DNA of 64,000 nucleotides from assembly GCA_045640185.1 (NCBI GenBank), contig JAZUEN010000045.1:1088-65087 (forward strand), read 5' to 3'. Both the position numbers and the translations under genes were made by a program. This DNA comes from Bacteroidales bacterium. Its GTDB lineage: Bacteria; Bacteroidota; Bacteroidia; Bacteroidales; SZUA-534. Shown here piece after piece: positions 39,823-49,993 of the stretch. Numbering within the stretch: the first letter of the stretch is position 1; each line of letters opens with the position of its first letter. The notes below the pieces were generated by a model that had not been told where the DNA came from, did no database searches, and was given only the letters and a program-made list of their open reading frames with translations.

Positions 39823-41124
39823 CTACCTATATATCTTGATGTCGGAAACCGAGACTTTGACACCCTCTGCCCCCTCCTTATTCCAACCGTAAAACACAAG
39901 CATCTTCTCCAGCTGCGCCTTTATTATTTCGCTCTCATCACGTTTCGGACCGATAACTATCTCCTTAAGCCTCAACGGGAATGCATCCTTGTTGATGTCA
40001 ACATAACGGTTAGGGATGGAATTCGTATTGTCGAGCACCCAATCAGAATTCTTGACGACTTCGTTTTTTCCGGTCTTTCCCGATAGATTTCTGAACAACA
40101 GCCTGATCTCGCTTTCGACAGAGAACAGCGAACTCTTGACAAAAAATGGGAGGACCGAAAAATCGTTAACCGACGCCTCGTCAATGTTGTTCTTCCTGAA
40201 CCATTTAGCCAACTTGGTCTTGGACGGGCTTTTGTCGATATCCTGCAAATCGAGATATGTTATTGGGGAAATCCAAAAATTGTCCGAAGTAAAATCGACC
40301 TCGAACACAAGACATACACCTTGCGCCTTGTCGCCATAAAGCCTGAACATTGTGAGGTCGTCACGGCTACACTCCGGCGAGCATGACGATATGAACCACT
40401 CACTGCGCTTTGACGCCACATACTCCGGCTTGCTGTAGTTTTCGTCGCCCGTGACGATGGACAGGAATATGCCTTCAGACTTGTCGTTCATTGAGGCCAA
40501 CGAGAACAACCTGTACGACTGGTTCTGGATTGTGGCGAAAATCGATTTCAGGCTTGTGTACCGGCACACAACGGACCCAATTGGCAAAGAATCCAGCAAG
40601 CTGTTTTCGTTGACTTTTCGGCCGGGCCTCACTGAACGAGCCTCAACATTCGACTTCAGCACCGGGACCTTTTGCATTTCGGGCAATCGGGCCTTGCCTG
40701 TTGCGATATCGATGGCGACAGACTGCCCCACAGGCTGCGAAAAGCCTTGTGCAGTGCTATCGGAGACCAAGAAATCGATGCCGTCGGTCAACACGAAACA
40801 GCATCTGTTGCCAACCTGCGAACGCGCGATTGCCCCGAAACTGCGACGGGAATATTCTTGGGCAAATGGTTCATAAATGTCTTCCCTGACCTTGCCCATG
40901 ACAATCGCATCGCCATTCAGCATATAGGCGAAATCGATATATGAGCTGAAGCCTGACATATTGAACGTAAATGGCTCGAACACGATACCACGTTTTGTCA
41001 AGCAAGACTCGATGCTGGCAATCACCTTGTTCCTATCGAAAGCTGAATTGCTCTTTGGTCTGATGGTCATAATACTTGCATGTCGAACTGTCGGCAACAT
41101 TGCCGATTGCGTAAATATAGCCAA
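39823..41124 (-). CDS. DUF2971-like domain protein with extra N-terminal region (start uncertain)
   Basis: CRYTSL, MNDKSEG, LTMFRLYGDKAQGVCLVF, KSSLFSVESEIRL, EIVIGP. Confidence 0.7.
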   Translation of the reverse strand: MAIFTQSAMLPTVRHASIMTIRPKSNSAFDRNKVIASIESCLTKRGIVFEPFTFNMSGFSSYIDFAYMLNGDAIVMGKVREDIYEPFAQEYSRRSFGAIARSQVGNRCCFVLTDGIDFLVSDSTAQGFSQPVGQSVAIDIATGKARLPEMQKVPVLKSNVEARSVRPGRKVNENSLLDSLPIGSVVCRYTSLKSIFATIQNQSYRLFSLASMNDKSEGIFLSIVTGDENYSKPEYVASKRSEWFISSCSPECSRDDLTMFRLYGDKAQGVCLVFEVDFTSDNFWISPITYLDLQDIDKSPSKTKLAKWFRKNNIDEASVNDFSVLPFFVKSSLFSVESEIRLLFRNLSGKTGKNEVVKNSDWVLDNTNSIPNRYVDINKDAFPLRLKEIVIGPKRDESEIIKAQLEKMLVFYGWNKEGAEGVKVSVSDIKIYR

Positions 41125-41326
41125 AAGATGCGCAATTGCGAAACATTGAAAAGCACAGGTTCAATGCAAATTTACGCAACACTTATGCGAACATTTTAAA
41201 TAAATACAAATCAACAATATACATTGTTTTTTCATCAAAAACGGAAGCTTTTCCGAAAATTTGCGCACGCAAACAACATTTTTCCTATATTGTAAGTCTA
41301 ACTGAAAAAAGCACAATCGTTAAAAT

Positions 41327-42781
41327 ATGAGCAATATAACAAATCTGGAACCATCGGAAGTCTGGAAACAGTTTGACGAAATATGCAAAATACCGCGCCC
41401 ATCGAAGAAGGAAGGCAAAATGGTTGAGTACCTCATAAACTTTGGCAGAGTGCTCAATCTTGAAACCTTGCGCGACGATGCAGGGAACGTTGTGATAAAG
41501 AAACCTGCCACGAAAGGCTACGAGAGCCGACCGACCGTTGTACTGCAAAGCCATATTGACATGGTTTGCGAGAAAACCGCCGACTCAAAGCACGATTTCC
41601 TGACCGACCCGATAGAACCGATTATCGACGGCGAATGGGTACACGCAAACAACACCACACTTGGTGCCGACGACGGCATCGGCGTTGCAACACAACTCGC
41701 AATTCTTGCATCGGATAGCGTTGAACATCCTGCGCTCGAATGCCTGTTCACAGTTGACGAAGAGACTGGACTGACTGGCGCATTCTCTTTGAACCACAAT
41801 ATGTTGAATGGTCGCACGCTCATCAATCTCGATTCAGAAGACGAAGGCGAAATTTTCATCGGCTGCGCTGGAGGCATCGGCACAACCGCAAAATTCAGCT
41901 ATTCAACGCAAAAAGTTGCAGACGGCCAAATAGCATACCAAATAGACATCAAAGGCCTGTGTGGAGGTCACTCTGGCGACGACATCCACAAGGGTTTCGG
42001 CAATGCCAACAAAATCCTGAACCGTTTTCTATGGAATGCAACAAAGCATTTCGGGTTGCACTTATGCAACATCGATGGCGGAAATTTGCACAACGCCATT
42101 CCTCGCGACGCAAATGCGACATTCGTCATTGACAAGTCGGCAGAAAACGGAATGCTGTCATATTTTGAATCGTACAAAAACGACATTAGGCAAGAGTTTA
42201 AATACACCGAGCCCAACCTCAAAATTGAACTGACAAAGTGCGAGTTGCCCGACTGCTATCTGGCAATGAACGACCAGGATCGCCTACTGAACGCCATCTA
42301 CGGCTGTCCGAACGGGCCAATGGCCATGAGCCACGCCCTGCCTGGGTTGGTCGAGACTTCGACAAACCTGGCATCGATAAAGATGAAAGACGGGCAAACG
42401 ATAGAAATTGTCACAAGTCAGCGTAGCGCCATTGAATCAGCCAAATACGACATCGCAAACATGGTTGAAAGCGTGTTTGTCCAGGCAGGTGCCATAGTTG
42501 AACATTCCGAAGGATATCCTGGATGGGAGCCTGACACCAATTCCGAAATCCTGCGCACCGCAGCAAATTGCTATAAACGGCTGTTCGGCAAAGAGCCAAC
42601 AGTAAGAGCCATTCACGCAGGACTGGAATGCGGGCTGTTCCTCGACAAAATACCTGAAATGGATATGATTTCAATCGGGCCAACCCTACGCGGAGTACAC
42701 TCGCCAAGCGAACGAATCGAGATAAAGACCGTAAAAATGTTTTACGACTTTTTGATAGACATTCTGAAAAGCAACCAATGA
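41327..42781 (+). CDS. pepD: Aminoacyl-histidine dipeptidase (M20C)
   Basis: QSHIDMVCEK, TTLGADDGIG, DEETGL, NLDSE, GGHSG, IHAGLECG, HSPSE. Confidence 0.95.
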   Translation: MSNITNLEPSEVWKQFDEICKIPRPSKKEGKMVEYLINFGRVLNLETLRDDAGNVVIKKPATKGYESRPTVVLQSHIDMVCEKTADSKHDFLTDPIEPIIDGEWVHANNTTLGADDGIGVATQLAILASDSVEHPALECLFTVDEETGLTGAFSLNHNMLNGRTLINLDSEDEGEIFIGCAGGIGTTAKFSYSTQKVADGQIAYQIDIKGLCGGHSGDDIHKGFGNANKILNRFLWNATKHFGLHLCNIDGGNLHNAIPRDANATFVIDKSAENGMLSYFESYKNDIRQEFKYTEPNLKIELTKCELPDCYLAMNDQDRLLNAIYGCPNGPMAMSHALPGLVETSTNLASIKMKDGQTIEIVTSQRSAIESAKYDIANMVESVFVQAGAIVEHSEGYPGWEPDTNSEILRTAANCYKRLFGKEPTVRAIHAGLECGLFLDKIPEMDMISIGPTLRGVHSPSERIEIKTVKMFYDFLIDILKSNQ

Positions 42782-42811
42782 CAAGACATTATTGACTCAA
42801 ACAGACAAGAA

Positions 42812-43291
42812 ATGGAAACCCGTACAATAAAAATAGAAGTGCAGACAACAAGCGACATCAAGGAACTGAACCAAGATGAACAGACTTTGATACGTCAAGC
42901 ACAAGATGCGGCACAACGTGCATACGCACCATATTCGAAATTCAATGTCGGAGCCTGCCTATTGCTTGACAATGGCGAGATGGTTGAAGGAAACAATCAG
43001 GAAAACGCATCGTACCCTTGCGGATGCTGCGCCGAACGCACTGCGTTGTTTTTCGCCAACTCTAAATATCCAAACGTAGCGGTAAAAGCCATTGCCATAG
43101 CCGCCTACAACGAAAACGGACAATTGGACGAGCCAATAACACCTTGCGGAATATGCCGTCAAGCACTGCTCGAGTCGGAAATACGCAACAACAAACCAAT
43201 AAAAGTGATCATGAACGGCAAAAACCGCACAAATGCAGTCGGATGCGTATCTGACCTTTTGCCACTGTCGTTCGACAAGAACCAACTATAA
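42812..43291 (+). CDS. cdd: Cytidine deaminase (homotetrameric type)
   Basis: AYAPYSKFNVGA, NQENASYP..CAE, PCGICRQ. Confidence 0.93.
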   Translation: METRTIKIEVQTTSDIKELNQDEQTLIRQAQDAAQRAYAPYSKFNVGACLLLDNGEMVEGNNQENASYPCGCCAERTALFFANSKYPNVAVKAIAIAAYNENGQLDEPITPCGICRQALLESEIRNNKPIKVIMNGKNRTNAVGCVSDLLPLSFDKNQL

Positions 43292-43306
43292 ACACACACA
43301 ACAGAT

Positions 43307-44323
43307 ATGAAAAAGGCAGCAACAATAAAGGATATAGCAAAAGCCATCGGGGTATCGGTTTCTACCGTATCACGCGCATTGCAGGACAAGCCTGAAATTT
43401 CGGACGAGACCAAAAACCTTGTGCGCGAAACCGCATCAAAAATGAACTACAGGCCCAATACTATGGCCGTGGCCCTGAAGACTCGCAAATCGTATTCAAT
43501 AGGCGTAGTTGTTCCGCAAATAGTAAGTTTCTTCTACGCGACAGTTGTCCAAGGCATCGAGCAAGTGGCGAACGAACTTGGATATCAGGTCTTTGTCAGT
43601 TCGTCGAACGAAGATATGATAAAGGAGATGCAGAACGTCTACGGTTTTCTTGACCACCGCGTCGACGGAATGATAGTTTCACTATCGAAAGCCACTGACG
43701 AGTTTCAGCACATTCACCGTATTGAAGAAAACAACGTGCCGTTGGTTCTGTTCGACCGAACATCGAAAGAGATAAACGTCCCGAAGGTTGTGGCTAACGA
43801 TGCCGATGCCGCATATATGGCCGTTTCGCACCTGATTGAACGTGGAGCAAAACGGGTAGCACTGATTACTGGCCCTGAACATATGCTGATAGGCCGTAAC
43901 CGTTTCCGTGGCTACCGCGCCGCTCTCACAAACCACGGGCTTCCTATCGACAACCGAATGATTGTCCGTTGCAACCTGACCGTTGACGATGCACGCGAAG
44001 CCGTCATCAAACTGTTCGAGATGAAGAATCCACCCGACGCAATATTCGGAATCAACGACGAAGTGGCAATTGGCGCACTTTACGCCATAAAGGAAATCGG
44101 GCTAAAAATACCTGAAGATGTGGCAATCGTGGGATTCTCGAACAGTCGCCGTTCAAGTTACATTGAGCCGACATTGAGCACCCTTGACCAAAACCCGATG
44201 AAGATTGGCGTGCTGGCCGCGAAACTGCTCTTTGACCAAATACAGGGCAAGCCCGACTTTAGCGAAAGCAAGGAAGTGATTGTACCTGCGACCCTGATTG
44301 TCAGGGCATCTTCGAATAGGTGA
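43307..44323 (+). CDS. LacI family transcriptional regulator
   Basis: TIKDIAKAIGVSVSTVSRAL HTH, YRPN, periplasmic-binding-protein-like domain. Confidence 0.93.
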   Translation: MKKAATIKDIAKAIGVSVSTVSRALQDKPEISDETKNLVRETASKMNYRPNTMAVALKTRKSYSIGVVVPQIVSFFYATVVQGIEQVANELGYQVFVSSSNEDMIKEMQNVYGFLDHRVDGMIVSLSKATDEFQHIHRIEENNVPLVLFDRTSKEINVPKVVANDADAAYMAVSHLIERGAKRVALITGPEHMLIGRNRFRGYRAALTNHGLPIDNRMIVRCNLTVDDAREAVIKLFEMKNPPDAIFGINDEVAIGALYAIKEIGLKIPEDVAIVGFSNSRRSSYIEPTLSTLDQNPMKIGVLAAKLLFDQIQGKPDFSESKEVIVPATLIVRASSNR

Positions 44324-44344
44324 CAAACAATTATCGCAACAAAC

Positions 44345-44377
44345 AAAACGGAATGTCGTCAAATGACATTCCGTTTT
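44345..44377. terminator. Bidirectional terminator
   Basis: aaaacggaatgtc / gacattccgtttt between convergent genes. Confidence 0.85.
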
Positions 44378-44416
44378 TTGTTTTACTGAAAAGCATTTTA
44401 TCGACTATAACATTTA

Positions 44417-45523
44417 TTATCGGCAAATGCGTGACTTACAATTCATTATACGCTCATAAGATTGACTGATGCGCTCTTCCGAAATCTTTCCGCTCTTTAC
44501 AGAACGGACAATAATATCGACAGCATCTTTCACAATATTAGGATTATAGACATCAATATTATTTGAAAAGACAAGTACATCGATGCCTGCATTTATTGCC
44601 AAGCAAATCGACTCTTCCAATCCGTAATACTTGCTTATGGCATTCATCATCATATCGTCGGAAAAGATTATGCCGTTGAAATGCAAATCGTTGCGAAGCA
44701 TCGACATTATTGATTGCGAGAGTGTTGCGGGATAAACGCTGTCGAGAGCGCGATTGAAAATGTGCGAACTCATAACCGCCATTTGCATAGTATCGCAAAG
44801 CAAAAGCCCATACGGAATCAATTCGTCGGCAGTCCACGTATCGGTGACATCGGCAAGGCCAAGATGCGTGTCACTGACAGAACTGCCGTGACCTGGAAAA
44901 TGCTTAATCGAACACAGCACGCCTTGACCATTGTGTTCGCTGACATACCAACGGGCATTACGAGCAACCACTTCAGCATCAGACGAAAACGAACGTCCCA
45001 ATTTGCCGATTATCGGACAATCAGGGTTGATATTGACATCGACCGACGGCGCAAAATTAACATTGATGCCCAACTTTCGGCAAGTCTGCGCTATCCTGCG
45101 GGCATATAAACGGGTTGAATCCTCGTTATCAAGCGAGCCAAGGTATTTAGGCGTAACGGTGGGCTCAAAACCATAGCGAGACTTGAGACGCGACACATTG
45201 CCTCCCTCCTCGTCTATTGCCACAAGCAACGGCGATGATGAAAATGCCTGAAGGCTGTCAACCAAGCGTTTCACCTGCGCTTTAGACACGATGTTTCGTG
45301 GACGGCTTTTGGACGGCATATCGTACTCAAACAGAATCACTCCGCCAATCTGATAGTCGCGCAACCAAAGCGAGACCTCGCTTTGCGCGGTTATGGCCGT
45401 GTCGCGGAAGCCAAACATCAGCATCTGGGCAACCTTCTGCTCGAGCGTAGGGCTTGTGACACCTTGTGAATGGCACGAGACAAACATCATTGTCAGTATA
45501 GATAGTGCAATTATCTGTTTCAT
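44417..45523 (-). CDS. GH3 beta-N-acetylhexosaminidase (NagZ-like), lipoprotein
   Basis: IDEEGGNVSRL, KHFPGHGSSVSDTH, FSDDMMM; lipobox FVSC. Confidence 0.9.
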   Translation of the reverse strand: MKQIIALSILTMMFVSCHSQGVTSPTLEQKVAQMLMFGFRDTAITAQSEVSLWLRDYQIGGVILFEYDMPSKSRPRNIVSKAQVKRLVDSLQAFSSSPLLVAIDEEGGNVSRLKSRYGFEPTVTPKYLGSLDNEDSTRLYARRIAQTCRKLGINVNFAPSVDVNINPDCPIIGKLGRSFSSDAEVVARNARWYVSEHNGQGVLCSIKHFPGHGSSVSDTHLGLADVTDTWTADELIPYGLLLCDTMQMAVMSSHIFNRALDSVYPATLSQSIMSMLRNDLHFNGIIFSDDMMMNAISKYYGLEESICLAINAGIDVLVFSNNIDVYNPNIVKDAVDIIVRSVKSGKISEERISQSYERIMNCKSRICR

Positions 45524-45548
45524 TGTTATTTACATAAATAATATTCAA

Positions 45549-46964
45549 CTAAAAGGCCTTCAGCACGTGCACATACAGACCGCTTTGCCCCTGTTTGGAC
45601 AACGTTCCCTCAAGGCGAAACACCAAATCGTAGTAAGTGATGAAGTCCAAACCTGCTCCAACACTCATCAACAACTTATCAGACAAATAGTTGTACGTAT
45701 TTTCACGGACATCGTGGACATATCCCGCATCGACAAACAAGTTGGCATAGATGCTGTAATGAATCTTGTTGAACTCTTCCCACGACCAACTGTCAATCTT
45801 TGAAATGTGCATTGGCAGAATGGCAAATTTTGCGAAAGCACGACCTGTAGCAAAACGTTGTCCGTCAATTACATAATACTCAAAACCACGCAAATAGTCG
45901 AGATAGCCAAGAGCCTGTTCGGTATAGTATGGCTGGAGCTTGTCGGGCGAATATTTGGCCAAACCGCCTACACCCGCATAAAAACGATTTCCAAAATCGA
46001 AATATTTGTATGCCGAAAGTTTGGTGTACCACGAGCCGTCCAACTCATTATCAAGCAGATTGAGTCCGATTTTTCCTATCTCGAATGTCAGGTTGTGGCC
46101 TTTGAGTGGATAATAGATGTAGTCGCGACGGTCCCAATCGAATGTATATGACAATGTCAGGTACTGGGTGCGCGATGTCTGCCGACCGAAAAAGTCAGGA
46201 TTAAGGGTGATAATGGTGTCGGCCACGTGGGCACGTGCATAACTTGCTGTGACAATATGTCTTACATCGAATTTAGGACGATAGGTGTAAAAAAGGAACA
46301 AATCCTGATTCTTGATTACGCTTTTTTTGTCGTTTTTGTAATAAAGCAACTTGCAACTATCTGTGGCATAGCGCAATTCCTTTTGCCTATACCAAGAATA
46401 CTGAATGCCTATGCCGTGTTTTTTGTTTGCAGTAAGATTAGGAATGTCGTAGAAAAGTTGGAATTGTTGCTTGTAGCCGAATCGGAACTTCACCTTGAGC
46501 GTCTCGTTGCGCCCGCGGAAGTTTTTCTTGACGAGCATAAGTCCGTAGTTTATGCGCGACCACTCGCCGTCGTTGAAGAACGCGCTCAAATTGCGGTCGG
46601 CCTGTTCAAAAATGATATATGGCCACCAATACCAACGTTCTTCGAGCAAGACAAGAACCTGTTTCTCGCTCTCGCCGACATCAATCAAATTGATTGTTAC
46701 ATAGTTAAATAACGATGTGTTAATCAGATTCTCCTTTGACCTTGCCAAAACGGCATCGACCTGACTTGCCGACAAGGTATCGCCTTTGGCAAAAAGAAGT
46801 TCACGCTGAACAATGTAATCCTTGGTGGTGCGGTTCCCTGCAATAAGTATGTCGCTGATGACAAATGTGGAATCGGGCGAAGCAGTTGCCTGCGATACGA
46901 CATCTTTAGGTAAAAGGCAAAATGTCAATACAATACAACGGAATATCGATAATCTGCCTGCCAC
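45549..46964 (-). CDS. Omp85/BamA-TamA family outer membrane protein with POTRA domain
   Basis: GNRTTKDYIVQREL (POTRA), NFRGRNE, LRGFE, C-terminal Phe. Confidence 0.85.
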   Translation of the reverse strand: MAGRLSIFRCIVLTFCLLPKDVVSQATASPDSTFVISDILIAGNRTTKDYIVQRELLFAKGDTLSASQVDAVLARSKENLINTSLFNYVTINLIDVGESEKQVLVLLEERWYWWPYIIFEQADRNLSAFFNDGEWSRINYGLMLVKKNFRGRNETLKVKFRFGYKQQFQLFYDIPNLTANKKHGIGIQYSWYRQKELRYATDSCKLLYYKNDKKSVIKNQDLFLFYTYRPKFDVRHIVTASYARAHVADTIITLNPDFFGRQTSRTQYLTLSYTFDWDRRDYIYYPLKGHNLTFEIGKIGLNLLDNELDGSWYTKLSAYKYFDFGNRFYAGVGGLAKYSPDKLQPYYTEQALGYLDYLRGFEYYVIDGQRFATGRAFAKFAILPMHISKIDSWSWEEFNKIHYSIYANLFVDAGYVHDVRENTYNYLSDKLLMSVGAGLDFITYYDLVFRLEGTLSKQGQSGLYVHVLKAF

Positions 46965-47630
46965 CTAAACACTCAAGAATTTCATAAAGGAATTGTAGCG
47001 GTCCTCAAGCATCGAGTCAATTTCCCTGTCGCTTGAGTAAACCTGCACAATGTTGTAATTGTATCGTTCCAACGTCTGAATCACTGGCGACACATCCGTG
47101 CGGTTCAACTTGATTGTCACATAGATATGGTCGGGCAGGCTGTGATTATGCACATACAGGCTGACGATTTTAGTGTCGTTGCCCTCGACAATCTGCGCAA
47201 TCTGGCTCAACGAGTAGTCTCTGATGTACAAATCGAGCACAATGATTGCGCCTGCTGTCACCGACGACGACAAGAGAGACAATTTGCCCGAAAGGTCAGG
47301 CAAGGTTATGACGCCCATATACTTGTCCTCGACATTGAGCACAGGAATCACGGTTATTCTGTTTTTCGACAGCAAATCAAGAATCTCAAGAATATGCTGG
47401 CTTGAATGGACAAATGGTCGGGCAAAGACGAACTGCTGTGCGACAATGGAAGCATCGGCATCGGGCAGATTGTAAATCTCCGACTCCGAAATCAGGCCGA
47501 GATATTCGCCATTATCGACAATGGGAAGGTGCGACACCTTGAACTCGTCCATCCATTCAAGGGCCATATTTCCCGAATCGGTTCTGTTTATTGCGGGGAT
47601 AACATTCGATAGCAATTCTTCGGCGTTCAT
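46965..47630 (-). CDS. CBS-domain protein (AcuB-like)
   Basis: HLPIVDNGEYLGLISE and IPVL...YMGVIT CBS pair plus a C-terminal ACT-like domain. Confidence 0.85.
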   Translation of the reverse strand: MNAEELLSNVIPAINRTDSGNMALEWMDEFKVSHLPIVDNGEYLGLISESEIYNLPDADASIVAQQFVFARPFVHSSQHILEILDLLSKNRITVIPVLNVEDKYMGVITLPDLSGKLSLLSSSVTAGAIIVLDLYIRDYSLSQIAQIVEGNDTKIVSLYVHNHSLPDHIYVTIKLNRTDVSPVIQTLERYNYNIVQVYSSDREIDSMLEDRYNSFMKFLSV

Positions 47631-47759
47631 CAGTGCTTCTCTATTGGGCGTAAATTTACGAAAAAGTATTTTAGGGGGATTCTATAAAATACCCTATTAT
47701 AAAATTTCGCAGAAAAGATTGTTCATCAATATTTTGGACATTATACAAGACAAAATCCC

Positions 47760-49949
47760 TTAATTGCCCAATTCCAATTGGTTCTTGACCAAATTATAAT
47801 AAGCGCCTCGTTTTTCGACCAATTCTGTATGTGTTCCAACTTCCAATACCTTTCCTTCGCCTAACACGATAATTTGGTCTGCATTTTTAACAGTACTTAG
47901 ACGATGTGCAACAACTATAGTCGTACGACCTTCGTAAAACTCTGATAAATTCTCAACAATAGCACGTTCGTTTTCAGCGTCAAGGGCATTTGTTGCTTCA
48001 TCAAGGAACAAAAAGCTTGGATTTTTATAAACCGCACGAGCTATAAGTATGCGCTGTTTTTGCCCCTGGCTCAAACCAATTCCATCTTGTCCAATTTTTG
48101 TATCATACCCTAATGGCAATTGTAAAATAAAATTTTTTATGTTGGCTATTTCAGACGCAATAGACAACCGATTCTCATCGACAGGACCATCTCCGACCGC
48201 TATATTTCTGGTTATTGATTCGGAAAAAATGACACCATCCTGCATAACAACGCCACATTGACGGCGCCACCACTTTTTGCTGTATTCATTTATATCAACT
48301 CCATCTACCTTGACTGCACCTTCTTGTACCTTGTAATAGCCTAACAGAAGTTTTATAAGTGTTGTCTTGCCACTACCGCTTGCGCCAACAATGGCCGTAA
48401 CCTTGCCATGCGGAATGATAAGACTGACATTCTCAATAGTTTTTGTCGGACTATGCGGATCGTACTTGAAACTGACATTTTCAAACCTTACATCTGGCTT
48501 GTCAGACTGAAATCGTGATATTTGACTGGAATTTGCGTCTTCATTGTCAACAATGTGAATTTCATTAATTCGTTCAAGACTTATTTTTACATCCTGCAAT
48601 GCATAGAAGAAACCCATAAGTTCATCGATTGGACTATTTAGTTGACCTATAATATATTGCACCGCCAACATCGCACCTAACGTCAATTGTCCATTGATGA
48701 CAGCCGTAGCGGACAGCACTGTGATTATCATATTTTTGACCTCGTTGATGAATACAGAGCCAACTTCTTGTGTTTGGTTGATCTTCAATCTCTTCATCTG
48801 AGCTCCAAACAAATCGACCTGAACATTCTTCCACTCTTGACGACGGCGACGTTCGCAATCTTGCAACTTTATTTCCTGCATTGCAGTTATGAATTGATAA
48901 GTCTTATTGGCATTTTCAGATTGCCGTTCAAACAATTCATAATCAATTACTCTACGTTTATTCAAAAACAAGGCTATCCATCCGCCATACATCAAGCCAA
49001 ACAACAGAAAAATAATGAATATCAATCTATTATATATACAAAGCACTACACCAAACACTACAAAGCTTATCATTGAGAACATTACGCTTAGTGTCTGATT
49101 TGTAAGGAACTTCTCCACTCTGCTGTGGTCCTCCATTCGTTGCAACAAGTCTCCCAACAATTTTGTGTCGAAAAACGACATAGGAAGTTTAAGCAACTTA
49201 ATGAAGAAATCGCTGACTAGCGAAATATTAATGCGCATACTGATATGCAACAATATCCATCGACGGAAGAAATCGACTGCAGTTCGGCTCAAAACCAAAA
49301 CAAATTGGCCAAGCAATATGAGCCACACAAGTTTGACACTGTTGCGCTCAATACCGACATCAACAACAGCCTGCGTAAGAAACGGCAATATTAATTGCAA
49401 GACACTGCCAATTGCCAAGCTGACAATTATCCTACCAAAATATTTCTTGTAGCGTTTGAAATAGCCAAATAAGAATTTAAAATCATGTTGTTCGGGTGCC
49501 TTGCGAAGCTCCGAATCGAAAAATTTTGGAGTTGTCTCCAAAAACATTGCCACTCCGCATTTCTCTCCTTCCACTTCGCAACTCAGCCACGATTTCGAAA
49601 ATTCAGAATCACTGAGCACAAGCAATCCTTTGCCTGGGTCGGCAATATAGTATTTATGCTTTCGGACTTTATAGAGCACTACAAAATGGTTCTGATTCCA
49701 ATGCAGGATTGCTGGCAAAGGTGCCTCTGACAATTCCTTTAGCCCAACCTTTCCTGCGACTGGATTAAATCCCAATTTTGTAGATGCTTCACTTATGCCA
49801 AGCAAACTAACGCCCTCGGTTGTTGCAAAGCAAATCTTTGACAGTTCTGCAAGCGAATACTCACGACCATAGTATTTGCACACCATTTGCAGGCAAGCAA
49901 TACCACATTGCATTGAATCGTGCTGTATGGTTAGTGGAAAACGGAACAT
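47760..49949 (-). CDS. C39 peptidase-containing ABC transporter (PCAT)
   Basis: QHDSMQCG, HWNQNHFVV, IADP, TM domain, GASGSGKT, LSQGQKQR, LDEAT. Likely ATG at 49949. Confidence 0.93.
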   Translation of the reverse strand: MFRFPLTIQHDSMQCGIACLQMVCKYYGREYSLAELSKICFATTEGVSLLGISEASTKLGFNPVAGKVGLKELSEAPLPAILHWNQNHFVVLYKVRKHKYYIADPGKGLLVLSDSEFSKSWLSCEVEGEKCGVAMFLETTPKFFDSELRKAPEQHDFKFLFGYFKRYKKYFGRIIVSLAIGSVLQLILPFLTQAVVDVGIERNSVKLVWLILLGQFVLVLSRTAVDFFRRWILLHISMRINISLVSDFFIKLLKLPMSFFDTKLLGDLLQRMEDHSRVEKFLTNQTLSVMFSMISFVVFGVVLCIYNRLIFIIFLLFGLMYGGWIALFLNKRRVIDYELFERQSENANKTYQFITAMQEIKLQDCERRRRQEWKNVQVDLFGAQMKRLKINQTQEVGSVFINEVKNMIITVLSATAVINGQLTLGAMLAVQYIIGQLNSPIDELMGFFYALQDVKISLERINEIHIVDNEDANSSQISRFQSDKPDVRFENVSFKYDPHSPTKTIENVSLIIPHGKVTAIVGASGSGKTTLIKLLLGYYKVQEGAVKVDGVDINEYSKKWWRRQCGVVMQDGVIFSESITRNIAVGDGPVDENRLSIASEIANIKNFILQLPLGYDTKIGQDGIGLSQGQKQRILIARAVYKNPSFLFLDEATNALDAENERAIVENLSEFYEGRTTIVVAHRLSTVKNADQIIVLGEGKVLEVGTHTELVEKRGAYYNLVKNQLELGN

Positions 49950-49993
49950 TATTGCCACATTTGCAGACAACAAAAAAATAAAAACAACTTACA

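Noticed and set aside
42812-44323. LacI regulator as a CytR equivalent because it follows cdd
   Set aside because: Adjacency only; no operator or specificity residues could be identified.
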